From positions 4,980,233 through 5,044,232 of the forward strand of contig JBNZDD010013707.1 in assembly GCA_050575255.1 (NCBI GenBank): a DNA stretch of 64,000 nucleotides. The letters are read 5' to 3'. Within the stretch, counting starts at the first letter, position 1. Each line of letters opens with the position of its first letter. Both the position numbers and the translations under genes were made by a program. This DNA is from Harriotta raleighana (taxonomy: Eukaryota). A model generated the notes under the pieces. The model made no database searches. It had not been told where the DNA came from and worked only from the letters and a program-made list of their open reading frames with translations. Below are positions 38,671 to 52,437 of the stretch, piece after piece.

Positions 38671-41600
38671 GTTTGAAGGACTCTGAGATACTATCCTGAG
38701 TGGAGGGTATTATATAAGTGCAAATAGTTGTAATTGTATTTATTTCCTATGTTTACCCTTTAAACACATTTTCACATACAGGACAGTGTTGCACATCTTA
38801 CACACGAAACATTTATTGTCAGTTAATCTTAAGAGATCTATCTTTCGTTATGAAGACATTCAAATACACTGTTAATCGCTCTAAAGCAAATAATAAAACT
38901 TTTTTTTTAAACAATAATCAACATCATCTACTCACTACAGTTGGTAAATTCTTCCAAAACAGTTGCAGTGTGCATCAAGACACGGGTTCCTTTTTCTTCA
39001 AAAGTAAAGTATTCAAATTAATCGGTACATTAAATTAATACAGTTTGTTCTTTTTACATCAACATGTTTTTTGTTAAAAAAAATAGTTACTACACCATCC
39101 TGACAACCACGTTGAATTCTTTCCTTTTGTTTTTCAACCGATCTGCCCACTGTGACTTCAGTCCTTCACACACAGAACCCGCTGCTCACTGTGTTGCTGC
39201 AGAAGCGGGTGTAACTATCAGTGTGCAGAGGGTGCAGTGTGTTGTGTGGCGCTTCAAGCCTGCCAACACGGCTGGATCGGCCTGACCTGTGTCGCCTGGT
39301 TACCAGTAAGTGAAATGCAATAGATGCTTCTCCCCCCACCTCCCACCCCCCACCAGCCCTGCGATGACTCTGGGTGTGAAATGAATCAAAACGTGAGAAA
39401 GACAAGAGAGAGAGAGAGAGAGAGAAAAACACGCACACAAATCAACCTGCAACAAACTCTTGTTAGAAAGCGTGGACAAAGTACTGTAGCTGAGGTCACT
39501 GTACACGTAACAACAGCCTGATTCAAAAGCTCAAGAATGGCTTTTGCCAAGTCCTTGTGTTTGGGGTTTGGTGCCTCTTTTGCAATCCTCGGTTGTTACT
39601 TGATAGTTTATTGGTTTTATTAGTTTGTAGAAAATTTTGTACCACATACCTTAAACCCAGGTCTCTCACTCGCCTTGCAACTGAGAGACCTGGGTTTAAT
39701 TCCAGGCAGGGCAAAATTGTGGTCAAGTTTCCTTCTTGCACATGATTGAAAATAATCCCTTAAAAAAATGCCACAATAATAAATTGGTCATTTCAATCCA
39801 CAACTGGGACATTGCTGTGTGCAATTCGCTGTCATGTTTCGCCCACAAATGTACATTCAATTCACTTTGTGGCATATTCTGTGAAGCACTTTGAAACGTC
39901 TAGAGCAGTGGTTCTCAACCAGGGGAACATGTACCCCAGGGGGAACAAAATTACTTCCAGGGGTACAGGTGGTGGTACATTGATTTATTTAGCTCCTATT
40001 TAGCATTTTATAGCCTTCCAAATTGTATATTAAATTGTTATTCCCCTCATTTTGTATGTGCTAGTTCTTTTGTTATATAAGAAAAGCTTGGTCATAAAAT
40101 GCAAGTGGAATGAGGGGGTGGTGTGTGTGTGTTAGTTTATGTGCTCCTGTGGCTTAGTGGTTAGAGCACTCACCTCACAAGCATGAGACCTGTGTTCGAA
40201 TCCAGGCAAATCAGGGCGAAACCTTGGGCAAGTTTCCTTACTCCACATGCCTAATAATAATCCCTCCAAAAAAANNNNNNNNNNTTTTTTTGGAGGGATT
40301 ATTATTAGGCATGTGGAGTAAGGAAACTTGCCCAAGGTTTCGCCCTGATCTGCCTGGATTCGAACACAGGTCTCATGCTTGTAAGGCATGTAAGGCGAGT
40401 GCTCTATCCACTGAGCCACAGGAGCTCCCACAAAAGATACTAGGGACATAGGAATAGGAATAGGCCATGCTGTCCCTCAAGCCTATTCCACCATTCTATT
40501 AGATCACTGCTGATCTGTACCTCAACTCCAATTACCCACCTCTGCCTCATATTACTTAATACCTATCAAAAATGTATCCACCTCAGTCTTGAAAATTTAA
40601 ATGGATCTAGCATCCACAACCTTTTGGGTGAGAGAGTTCCAGATTTGGTGAAAAAATGCAAGGTGTTGGGATTCTTCCTACTTGGCTCCCATTAATCCTA
40701 CAAGTCAACTTGGCAATGGCGACTGTGTAGTGTTACCTGGTTAAACTCTAGCAATACCATAGTCTGGGGTTCCGAAGCTTTGGCTTTGGCCAACCTGTAG
40801 CTAAACTTTTCAGGATTAGGTAAGCAAGGTGATCCTCTCCAGGGAGAGAGTGCAAAATTCCATACCAGAGAAATAAAGTCCATTCATTTGTGGAGCTCTC
40901 AGCATTTTGGCTTGTTTATTGTGATGAAAGGTTTCTATGCGTGTCAGACTCTTGGCTAACCAAACAAAAGCTAAATATATCACACTGCTAACAGATGACA
41001 TGACTCAATATTGCACTCAGCTACTTTCTCTTTTTTCTTACCAAAAGATTGCCAGAGACCTTTTCACAACGATTTGATTGAAGTATTTAAAATAATGAAA
41101 GAGGGATCCATTCCAAGGGGCATGGCTTTCAAATCAGAGCCAATACAGTTAGAACTGAGATCAGAAAGCATTGCCACACACATAAGATTGTGAAGATGTG
41201 GAAATCACTGTCTCAGAAGGCTAGACAGGCAGAATCAATATTGATGATTGAAAGAGAAATAAATATTTGGGTTATAGCGTTATCAATGTGTGTGGTGAAA
41301 AGCAGAGGATTGGGACCAAGCCATCTGCCTAGAGCTAATAAATTACTGGAACAGGCTGGATGGGCTGTATGGCCTCTTTCTATTCCTATCTTAAAATAGG
41401 TTTGAAGGACTCTGAGATACTATCCTGAGTGGAGGGTATTATATAAGTGCAAATAGTTGTAATTGTATTTATTTCCTATGTTTACCCTTTAAACACATTT
41501 TCACATACAGGACAGTGTTGCACATCTTACACACGAAACATTTATTGTCAGTTAATCTTAAGAGATCTATCTTTCGTTATGAAGACATTCAAATACACTG

Positions 41601-42634
41601 TTAATCGCTCTAAAGCAAATAATAAAACTTTTTTTTTAAACAATAATCAACATCATCTACTCACTACAGTTGGTAAATTCTTCCAAAACAGTTGCAGTGT
41701 GCATCAAGACACGGGTTCCTTTTTCTTCAAAAGTAAAGTATTCAAATTAATCGGTACATTAAATTAATACAGTTTGTTCTTTTTACATCAACATGTTTTT
41801 TGTTAAAAAAAATAGTTACTACACCATCCTGACAACCACGTTGAATTCTTTCCTTTTGTTTTTCAACCGATCTGCCCACTGTGACTTCAGTCCTTCACAC
41901 ACAGAACCCGCTGCTCACTGTGTTGCTGCAGAAGCGGGTGTAACTATCAGTGTGCAGAGGGTGCAGTGTGTTGTGTGGCGCTTCAAGCCTGCCAACACGG
42001 CTGGATCGGCCTGACCTGTGTCGCCTGGTTACCAGTAAGTGAAATGCAATAGATGCTTCTCCCCCCACCTCCCACCCCCCACCAGCCCTGCGATGACTCT
42101 GGGTGTGAAATGAATCAAAACGTGAGAAAGACAAGAGAGAGAGAGAGAGAGAGAAAAACACGCACACAAATCAACCTGCAACAAACTCTTGTTAGAAAGC
42201 GTGGACAAAGTACTGTAGCTGAGGTCACTGTACACGTAACAACAGCCTGATTCAAAAGCTCAAGAATGGCTTTTGCCAAGTCCTTGTGTTTGGGGTTTGG
42301 TGCCTCTTTTGCAATCCTCGGTTGTTACTTGATAGTTTATTGGTTTTATTAGTTTGTAGAAAATTTTGTACCACATACCTTAAACCCAGGTCTCTCACTC
42401 GCCTTGCAACTGAGAGACCTGGGTTTAATTCCAGGCAGGGCAAAATTGTGGTCAAGTTTCCTTCTTGCACATGATTGAAAATAATCCCTTAAAAAAATGC
42501 CACAATAATAAATTGGTCATTTCAATCCACAACTGGGACATTGCTGTGTGCAATTCGCTGTCATGTTTCGCCCACAAATGTACATTCAATTCACTTTGTG
42601 GCATATTCTGTGAAGCACTTTGAAACGTCTAGAG

Positions 42635-43272
42635 CAGTGGTTCTCAACCAGGGGAACATGTACCCCAGGGGGAACAAAATTACTTCCAGGGGTACAGGTG
42701 GTGGTACATTGATTTATTTAGCTCCTATTTAGCATTTTATAGCCTTCCAAATTGTATATTAAATTGTTATTCCCCTCATTTTGTATGTGCTAGTTCTTTT
42801 GTTATATAAGAAAAGCTTGGTCATAAAATGCAAGTGGAATGAGGGGGTGGTGTGTGTGTGTTAGTTTATGTGCTCCTGTGGCTTAGTGGTTAGAGCACTC
42901 ACCTCACAAGCATGAGACCTGTGTTCGAATCCAGGCAAATCAGGGCGAAACCTTGGGCAAGTTTCCTTACTCCACATGCCTAATAATAATCCCTCCAAAA
43001 AAAACACAATAATAAAATTGGTCATTTCAATCTATGACTGTTTGTGGGACACTGCTGTGCGCAATTGGCTGCCGCGTTCCGCCCACAAATATACAGTCAA
43101 TTCACTTTACAGTATATTCTGTGAAGCACTTTGGGACGTCGATAAGATGTGAAAACCGCTATATCAAATGCAAGGATTATTATATTATTATTATTATGTG
43201 GTTGGGTGGGAGTACACGATAATGTTGAAAATTAACAAAGGGTACATTACTGAAAAAGATTGAGAACCACTG
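42635..43272. mobile_element. hAT (Charlie/MER5-like) non-autonomous element
   Basis: TIRs cagtggttctcaa / ttgagaaccactg, perfect 8-bp TSD gtctagag at 42627-42634 and 43273-43280; left half repeated at 39906-40274. Confidence 0.92.
42873..43197 (+). mobile_element. tRNA-derived SINE (young) nested in hAT MITE
   Basis: Full body; candidate TSD ttatgtg at 42866-42872 and 43194-43200. Confidence 0.92.
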
Positions 43273-44093
43273 GTCTAGAGGATGTGAAATGAACTGTATC
43301 AAATGCAAGGATTATTATTACCAGTATTATAGAAATATTACAATCATTCTTGCCCAAAATGAAAGAACAATAATTAGTGCTTATCACGACATCAAGTTCT
43401 CCCAGGTTAGAGTTGGTGGCATCAAGCTCCAGTTAGAAACAATGAGTCACACAAGGCTACAATGTCCTGTAACTGTGGTTACTGAACACAAAACAACAGC
43501 AGGCTTCAAAACCTCAAGAATTAATACAGTACTTCTATTAGGGTTTTGTTCTTCTTCTGTTTAACAGGCACATCTAATCTAGCTTGTTATTTATTTCTTT
43601 TATTGGTACTCATCGGATCTTATATTACATAGCACACTTGCTTGCAGACTGTGTACAGTGAGTACTGAGAAATGCCCACTCTGCTTACAGGCTTTGTACA
43701 AATGTTTGCACACTAGCTTGTCTTGAAGTCGTTATTAAGTTGAAGAGTTAATTTTTTTTAAACAGTCACCAGTTTGGTATGGGGCTGGAGGAGAGGTCTG
43801 GGGAGCACAGTATTCTGATCAATGTTTCTTATCAATGTATTGATTAAATTTTCTGCTGCTGAAGATGGGAAGTCAACTGTGGAGAGGCACTTTCAAGAAA
43901 GGAACTATAATTTATCATGATATCTAACACTGTTGGTAAAGAGACAAGAGTTTCAGGTGTACAGCTAAAACTGTACTTTCTCATGAACCAGTAATACACA
44001 AACGCACCCTCCATAAACTCACCCCCTCCCCTCCATACACTCAGAGAGAGTGGAAATTGCTTAAGCTGGGAACACAATGAGGCCTCTACAAAA

Positions 44094-44598
44094 TAACAAC
44101 AAAATTACATTTGTATACATGCCTTCCATGTTGGGAGGACATCCCAAGCCGCTGGACAATCAGTGCTTTGAACTCAAGCTGGAGTTCGGGATTGGGGAAG
44201 GTGGAAGGCAAGGGATGTAGGAGGTTGATCAAAAGCATGGTTGAAGAGGAGGGTCGTGAAGTGGGTCTTGAAGCAGGCAAAGGAGTAGCGTGGTGGAGGG
44301 ACTGTGAGATGGAGTTCGAGAAGGTGGGGCAGAGTGGCTGAAGGGCTGCCCACCAATTGTGGGGCGTGCAAAGCGGGGAGCATGAAGAAGGCTGGAGCCC
44401 ACTGAGCAGAGGGAGCGGACAGGTTGTTAGGAGGTCGCAGAGGTGTGGGGGAGCAAGACCGTGGAGGACTTGGAAGGTGAGGAGCAGAATCTTGAACTAC
44501 ATTCTCTGTAGGGAAGTAGCCAGTAGAGTCAGGCGAGGGTCTCACAGAGCCAGGTGCAGGAGAAGATGTAGGCTGCAGAGTTCTGGATGATCTGCAGC
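44094..44598 (-). mobile_element. L2 3' fragment
   Basis: Reverse complement of L2 tail and C-terminus, homologous to 12449-12855. Confidence 0.82.
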
Positions 44599-44699
44599 AT
44601 TGGCAGCCTCCACTGTGCTCACTGCATCACGCATTGATGGTTGTCCCACCTTTGAGCACCCACCTCAAGTGCCTATCATCCACTTTCTTTGTAAGGCTC

Positions 44700-46165
44700 T
44701 ATCTTGCCTCCGGAAGGCAAATCCCCACCTCTCCCCTACTCTCATATACATCTGCACCTTTCGCAACTCTCTTCGTCACTGGTGTCCTATGGACATTTCC
44801 CCCCACAATTCCCAAACCCTCAGCCCCTCCACCCTCTTGCATCAGCATCCCTACCAGCATCAGTCCTCAACACATCTGCTCCAAATTTACTGGCTCCTTC
44901 ATGAAGGATATCTCTGTCTCCTCCCATCCCTGTCCCTCTGCACTGAATGCCTATTCATCATGAGTGACTTAAACCTTCACCTCAACTCCTCCTAGTCCAT
45001 CTCTTCTGACTTTACTGCCCTCCTCTCTACCATAAAGCTCACCCTCCATGTTATTTCTCTGACTCCCAATAGTGGACACCTGCTTAACCTGTGATCTAGA
45101 TATCTCTTGTCTGTCCACTCACAAAAGGCCACCTCTGGCCATATCTTCCTCTCCCTCTCCTCTCCTTCCCTTTCCCCCTCCCCTCCTCCAAGCCATCCGC
45201 CGTCTTTTTCAGCCCAGGAAAGCAGCTTTTGCCCAACACGCTCTCATCCTCAGACCTTCTCTCCCTCTGGCCTTCCTCCCACACCAAACCTGAATCAGGC
45301 ATCAAGCTGCTAAACAATTGCCTCCCCTCCACCTTTAATTTCCCGAGATTCCCGATCTTGCTCCCCCTGGTATAATAGTTTTCTCCACTCCCTCAAATTC
45401 CACACCCGGTTGCTTGAACGCAGATTGCACAGAACTGGCCTCATGGTTAACCGACATTTGTGACTTGAACATCTTCACACCTACCACCACTCCCTTTTGC
45501 AAGCCAAGACTGTATTCTATTCACAGGTCATTCTGAAAGCCAAAACCAACTACAAAATGCTATTCTCCAATACCCACCAACTCTTCAGTGCTCCCCATCA
45601 AGCATCCTCAATCTTAACAACTAATGCCAAGTGTGAAGAGGTCTTTGAATTCTTTATCTCCAAGCCAGATATCACCTGCCTGGCTGCCTCCTCCTCCTGC
45701 CCCATGTACCTGACCCCCCCACCTTACATTCTTTTCCATAACCTATTCCTCCTCCCACAGTCATACCTCAGGCCTCAACTGACCCTCCTTTGCCCCCATC
45801 GCTCCTTCCTCCCTCTCATCCTCCATCATCCAGATAAAAACCCACCAGCTGCTGCCTCAAACTCCTCCCCACCCAGCTGTGGGTAACTCAACTCCCCCCT
45901 CCTCCGCCCATTGCTGGAAGGCACCATAAATGAGTCCCTATCCTCAAGATCAATCCACCCCCACTCAAAACAGCTGTAATATCTCCTCTCTTAAAAAACT
46001 TCTCAAACTTGCCCTCACTGGCCAAAGCCCTGGAATGCTTTGTTCCAAACCATTTTTGCTCACACCTCACTCTCCACTCCCCACACGAACCCCTCCAGTC
46101 CAGTATCCCCCCTGCCCACAACACAGAGACAGTGCCAAATGAAATGTGCTATAAATATGGAAGTT
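44700..46165 (+). mobile_element. Degenerate L2 endonuclease/linker region
   Basis: FIMSDLNLHLN (GDFN-like), GHLL.L, PWYN, VILKAKTNYKMLFSNT remnants, C-rich strand. Confidence 0.78.
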
Positions 46166-48179
46166 GTAATTTTTAATTAATGTTATAATGGAATACAATA
46201 CAAATTTCCTAACTAACTATTTGTATTTACTTTTAGTTTAAAACTTTCTGATGATATGAGCTAGCTTTAGGTTTTGTGATGCATTTAAAAACATGAGATG
46301 CTGAAGATAAAGCTATTCTTGGACATACATTATAAATATAAAGCACTATTTATAAACACATGTAAGTGTTCAAAATGTAGCAAAAACAGATGTAAGAGTG
46401 CAGTTCCCATCAGGTGGTGGGTAAGGCTATAAAATATAAAAAATGAAAGAAAAACGATGCCTTAACATGCATACTATTTTAATCCAAGTTGATTAAAGCG
46501 TAGTATACAAAAATTCTAATTCTGCAGATTTTCTGAACAATTGAATAGCCATGACCTAGTCTGTTTACTTACAGTGGCTTGAAATATATTCACAGAACAA
46601 TTTACTTCAACTATTTTATAGGTAATAGAGTTTAAACTGCAGCAATTTTTAACAGATGTCTAAATTAACAAATTTCTAAAATGTGGAATGTACTGAATAA
46701 TGCATTTTGCGCATTCAATGTTTAAACAAATATGTTAAGAAACACCAAAATAAAACCCAATGTCAAAAACTATAGGGTCTTTGTATGATTGCAATGACTG
46801 AAATTGAAAGTTCTGAAAAGTATTGCTCACTTGAGAGAATGAGACTTTTCAAATAATACAGTATTTTACAGATGAGTTATAAGTAGGGGAACAATCCCTT
46901 ACATTATTATAACAGTTTTACACCAGGGAGACTGGAGATCTAGGAACAAGGCAATACGTTTCAGTGCAACACTATAAGTTACTTCTACAGCTGTAATTTC
47001 TCATGATCCAGTGATACACGCAAGGAAAATGAGATCAGCTGTTTGTCAAACTACTTGTTAATTAATCATTCATACAACATAAACAGCTAGGAAGTGTTTC
47101 ATAAAAATATGTGCATCCCCATCCACTTTAAAAAGTTTTAAAAGGCAAAAATTGTGAACCAAACAAATGCTAACTACAGCTGTATAATCATCAGTACAGA
47201 ATGCAAATTCCAGAAGTTGACTGTACTGCAGCCAAACCAAACATCAACCAACCAGTATTGCTAACAGTTGCAGATAATATGAACCGAGGTTAACCTTTCG
47301 TTTCCCAATGAACATTAAAGAACATGTTACCTAGAACTCAGAGCAGTGTTTTTGTTTCTAAAATTATAAAATTGTATTTAATACCTGGTGATTGATGAGT
47401 GGAATTGGTGTAATAGAATAAATTAAAATAAAAACAAGGGTAATGAAGAAAAAAAGATGGTTCAAAGAATTACTTTGGATGTTTCCAGCTCAGAGGTACA
47501 AGATTGGTTTGGATGAAAGAGGACCTTTGGTCGACACTACTGTCTTCGATCACAATATCAAGCATCTTCTTAAATGTGCCCAGTGTCCTGGCTCCTACCA
47601 CCTTTCTTGGCAACAGTGTGTTTTGTGTACAGCCCGGGCTAATACATGATGAAAAGTCATCATACGTCAGTTGGTTGTATTTTAAGTAAGTTTGTACAGT
47701 CTGCCATTTAGCGAAAGCTGCCATTATTCACCTCAATTTACATTCTCACTTAAAGGCTAATTGGATCTAGTTATGGTCAATTGAAAAGTATACTTGTGCA
47801 ATAGGAGTGTTCTTCTGAGATTGGGGATATTGTTGGACATTGGAAAGGGATCTTTCTTGGACACTGGAATCTTGCTAAACCTGATCTGGAAGAGTTGATG
47901 CAGACAATAAGTGCCAGGTGAGGAATTTGTTCCACATTTTGACTGTTTCTATTTCCAAAATGCGATGATTAGAATCAGAATCAGAATCCTAATAATCCTT
48001 GCATTTAGTATAGAACCTTTCGCATTGGGAGGACATCTGTAAACGATTCACAGGATTTACTGTAAAGTGTAATGACTGTATTTTGTAGGAAAACGCAGCA
48101 GCCAATTTGCACACAATAATGAGAAGCACTAAATCCTGAATCATCAGACCATTTTGACTGGTGCCTTCTTAGCCAATAT

Positions 48180-48503
48180 AATAATAGTAATAATAATCCT
48201 TCCATTTGATATAGTGCTTTTCACATCTTATCGCTCTCTCAAAGTATTTCACAGAATATATTGTAAAGTGAATTGACTGTATATGTGGGCGAAACGCGAC
48301 AGCCAATTGCGCATTGCAGTGTCCCACAAACAGTCGTGGATTGAAACAACCAATTTTTATTATCGTGGTTTGTTTTTGATGTATTATTATTAGGCATGTG
48401 GAGTAAGGAACTTGCCCAAGGTTTCGCCCTGATCTGCCTGGATTCAAACATAGGTCTCACGCTTGTAAAGCGAGTGCTCTAACCACTGAGCTCCAGGAGC
48501 TCC
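48180..48503 (-). mobile_element. tRNA-derived SINE
   Basis: Full-length reverse complement of the family. Confidence 0.92.
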
Positions 48504-51500
48504 ACAATATACTTAAGAAGGGCAGCTTTATTAATTAAAATACTAAGAATTATAAAGTGAACTAAATTATCTGGCAAGCTACTGCTACATAAATTATTGA
48601 ATAGAATGGTCTCTCAGCTGAGTATTACTTGTGGGGAAAAAACTGCTATGTTTTCACTTGTTGCTAAATCAGTCTTCACTTCATAGTTGGTCCATAAGTG
48701 TGTCACTTAATTGCTACATGTTTGTAAGCTTCTAAAGTTATTGATTATATTGTCTGCAATTGTGATGTTATATTTATTGGAGATATACAAGTGAAACTTG
48801 AATAGATCATGCCATTAAAAAGTTGAAAGTTATGAGGTTTTGTTCCAAACTCAGAATCCAGCACAGAAAGGCATTGCAATGTTGGATATATTGTTCTCTG
48901 GGTATGCGTAAAGTGATGGTCCACCTTAATATGTTTGTAAAATCAATCAACAAACTAATAAATTAAGAGACAATTTAAGAAGTTAAGAAGTCCTCTAATT
49001 CAGAAATTCAGTAATTCTCAATCCTAATGTTAAACCTTAGATGCAATCAACTTCGCCAACACCTTAAAAAAATTCTGCTTGGTGAATAACAGAACCTGTA
49101 ACTCTGATTGTAAGCAGAGTACAGTATATCAAAAATGGTGAATGAGAAAGAAGCTCATTATATGGAAACTTACTAAGTTTATTAGCCCTAGATTTATACC
49201 AATTCTGATCTAATCAGAGCCTTTCAAACCTGTTTGCAATTCTTCCCTTGTTTTGTTCAGATGAAATCTTTGGAAAGGTGCTGCAACCTGCTCTCAGGCC
49301 TCTTCCAATTCTACTCTGAATCAGCAAAGAGCACAAATAGCAGCTCCCTCCAATTTTCCCTGTTTCTAGGAAGCGTTTGACCATATGCCAACTCCCCATG
49401 TGCAATTTCAGCATTTTCTGACAGTTCAGTTCTCCAGCTGTTTTTCTTTTTTACCTTTACTTTTCCCTGGTGTTTTGTTACATTATAGATTGCGGATAAT
49501 CAACAAGTCTTTGTTTGGCTCTTAGCCCTTTCCATTCTTGAGTGCATGTGCTGCACTGAAATAAAATTCAATTTACGTCCAAGAAACATTTAAAATTTAA
49601 ATTTTGACTTTAATGAGCTGCACAGAAGCTGTGACTGTAGATTGTTACTATAGATTCAAAGGGCTTACAAGCTTCACCAATGTTTCCCGTTTCTTGTTCT
49701 TGAAAATGTTTTGCTTTATTTTAAAAATATCTGCAAAAAATAATTTAATGATATCTATTTCCTTAAAACTTTATTCTGCCCAATGTCCATCCATTAATTA
49801 AAGTTTTAAACCAGCTGGTCTTTGAATATGGTAGGATTTTACAATTTAGGTGTTCAAAATTACTTTAGGTTTCACTGCGGTTAAGATCATCGAATAGAAG
49901 TGTAGGCAAACACAGTAAAACAATTAATTTGTCAATGTAACAGGGATTTTTTCATTTTAGGTTCTGTACATAGAGGTTCTTATGTATTTTTTTGACAATT
50001 GACTTCTCATTTAGCCTTAAATTAGACTTAATTACCATCAATTGACATGTGAACATTACAGGATAAAAATGTGACATGTGATTATCACATATCACACTTT
50101 TCACCATTTGGCATGTTTAATGTACTTCATTAATAGCTCTTCCATTTAGCAGAATAAACATATCTTTGAAGGCTATTAAGGATTCTCACTTGGTTTTTCC
50201 ATTTAGAAATGAACACATGGAAAGTCTTTTTGCACCACAGGCAACAGTAAAATACTACATAATTTTAGTTCTACAATAGGAGGCATAGATTTCTAATGTT
50301 CAGTTTGTTGGCATCATATGCTCCAAATGTCACCTGTTGACCATTTATTTTTAAATTCAAAATTATATAGAATTGTGGAAAACTCAAATGTAACCTTAAC
50401 TTGGAAGGTGGTACTTTTGAAGAAATGTGAAATACCAGAGGCCACATGGAGACTGAATTCAAATTTTCCACAATTTTACAGACCAAAGAACAACTTGTAC
50501 TTCTATAGCTCCCTTCATGTAGGGTAATGTCTCAAGAGTGCTAAAGTAAAGGAATTGAATGCTAAGAAAGGTTAAGTGAAAAAGAGTAGGTGAGAGGTAC
50601 GTTTTGAGGTGGGGTGAGAGGCAAGTTTTGAGGCTGAACATAAAGCCAGAAAAAGGGAGTGAGTGGAGTGCAGTCGTCTTACATAATCAGACTTGGTAGA
50701 ATTTGGGACATTATGATAGGGAGTAAATGGAATACATGGCAACTCTATTATAGTGTCCTTTAATATAGCACTCCTACCCCTTTGAACTCATGCTACCCTG
50801 ATGAAGATACATTTATCTGTTGGTGCTGACAAGCCTGTGTCCTGCACTAAAACATCTCCAACATCTCAGTGGTCAGGTTGATGCTGTTGTCAATTGTTGA
50901 ATGTTGTGCACAAATGTGATATTCACAGAAAGCGCTACTGAAATAATCTTGTCTTCTGGGATGGTATCCTGATGACAAAGGCACTATATAAATTGGAAAT
51001 TTCTTTGATGTACTGTATTTTGAGGCACTTTCTGTGCATAGTCTGCGAGAAGTGATATCGATGGCAATCTGATGACTTGGAAGTAAAACATGTTTTCATG
51101 CATCACTATGCAGTAATGCAGTGGAAGAGATATTGGAGCCAGCCAACTACATTATAGTGGGATATTTGCCTACCTAATCAACCATATGCTAAGAACCCAG
51201 CCAACTCTTTACCAAAAAAAAGGCATCACAACTGAGTCAGTTTCTATCCTGACCTATACATTCCTACCGGAGCAAGCTTACATTCCTGTGGCTCCCGAGC
51301 TAAAGTCTAAATCAAGACCAGCAATCAAACTTTCCCAGTATAGTTTAGACATTCTCTGAGATATCAGAAGAGCATTTCAACTAATCCTTATTCAATGCTA
51401 CAATCACAATTCGCTGGCACTGAGTTTCTTTAATTGTTTTCTAAATGAAACATCCTGTTTAAAAAAAAGTACCTTTTCTTTTACAAAAAAGTAAAAATGT

Positions 51501-52340
51501 AAATTGAATACTGAGTTGCAAAATAAATGTTGGCAATTATGAGCCAAACAAATAAAACAACTTAAAAACTAGTTCATATGGTGTTTCTTGCTACAGTAAT
51601 ACGCTTCTAGCTTGTTTCTGAGAAATAAAATATCTGGCTAAATGTATATTAGGCATTGAAATCAGATGCTGGAATTTCATATGGATGAATCACAATAAGG
51701 CTCAGAGCATGGTCAGTGCATTTACTGCACTAAATCTTCAACTTCCATCCAATTCAAACTTAGGCACATAATAAGATTGATTTTATGATTACTGTACTTT
51801 GAAAATAAAACCATATTCATCATTGTAAAAAGTGCACTTCCCAATGTTTATCACAAAATCTGTAACACCAAAGGAAAAGTGTAACATTTAGCATTTAACT
51901 TCCATGAAACCTCCGAAATATTAGATTTTTTTAAAAAAAAGACGCTTTCACTAAAACAGCATAACAAATACAAAACTCCTTTTCCATTTGATACAAGCTG
52001 CTAAACACAGTTGGAAATAGCAGTTTTATCTTCAATTACCATTACTCAGCATTTCTTAATCATTTAAGTAGCTTTCCACATCTGGGTATGCCTTCCACCT
52101 GGTTAACCAATTTCAACTCATTATGGACACTAGAGGTATTAATCAGTTCTTGTTTTCAACAAGGTAACACCTTGCTCTTGTTTGCAGTTCCATCCAAATC
52201 CAGAGTTTGATGATTGTTCCTGTTGCAGATTTTGTGGAGAACAATGTTTCATTGGAGAGTTTTTCTGGATTTGGATAATGTGGGGTTGAATCACAGTGTA
52301 GCTATATCAAGTGAAGTGAATGTTTTGCAACTAGTATAAT

Positions 52341-52437
52341 TTATAGGAAGAATTCTTGTAACTCTGCGTCCTCCTTGCTTTTATTGAATAATTTCTTCTG
52401 TACGGGATCCTTGAAGTCATCATTAAAGTGGTCGTGC
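52341..52437 (-). CDS. SNCAIP: SNCAIP terminal coding exon, two reading frames
   Basis: Acceptor tttgtcttctgtttatag; frame 0 gives ARPL* (stop ends 52423); frame +1 gives HDHFNDDFKDPVQKKLFNKSKEDAELQEFFL*, resembling human synphilin-1A ...EPESKELFL*. Confidence 0.8.

Larger units (their letters stand above)
37556..43003. repeat. Tandem duplication (37556-40274 = 40285-43003)
   Basis: Offset 2729, identical ORF translations, copies separated by 10 Ns (40275-40284). Confidence 0.97.

Noticed and set aside
40132-40451. Apparent long palindrome centred on 40280
   Set aside because: Created by two inverted SINE halves abutting a 10-N gap; likely an assembly junction
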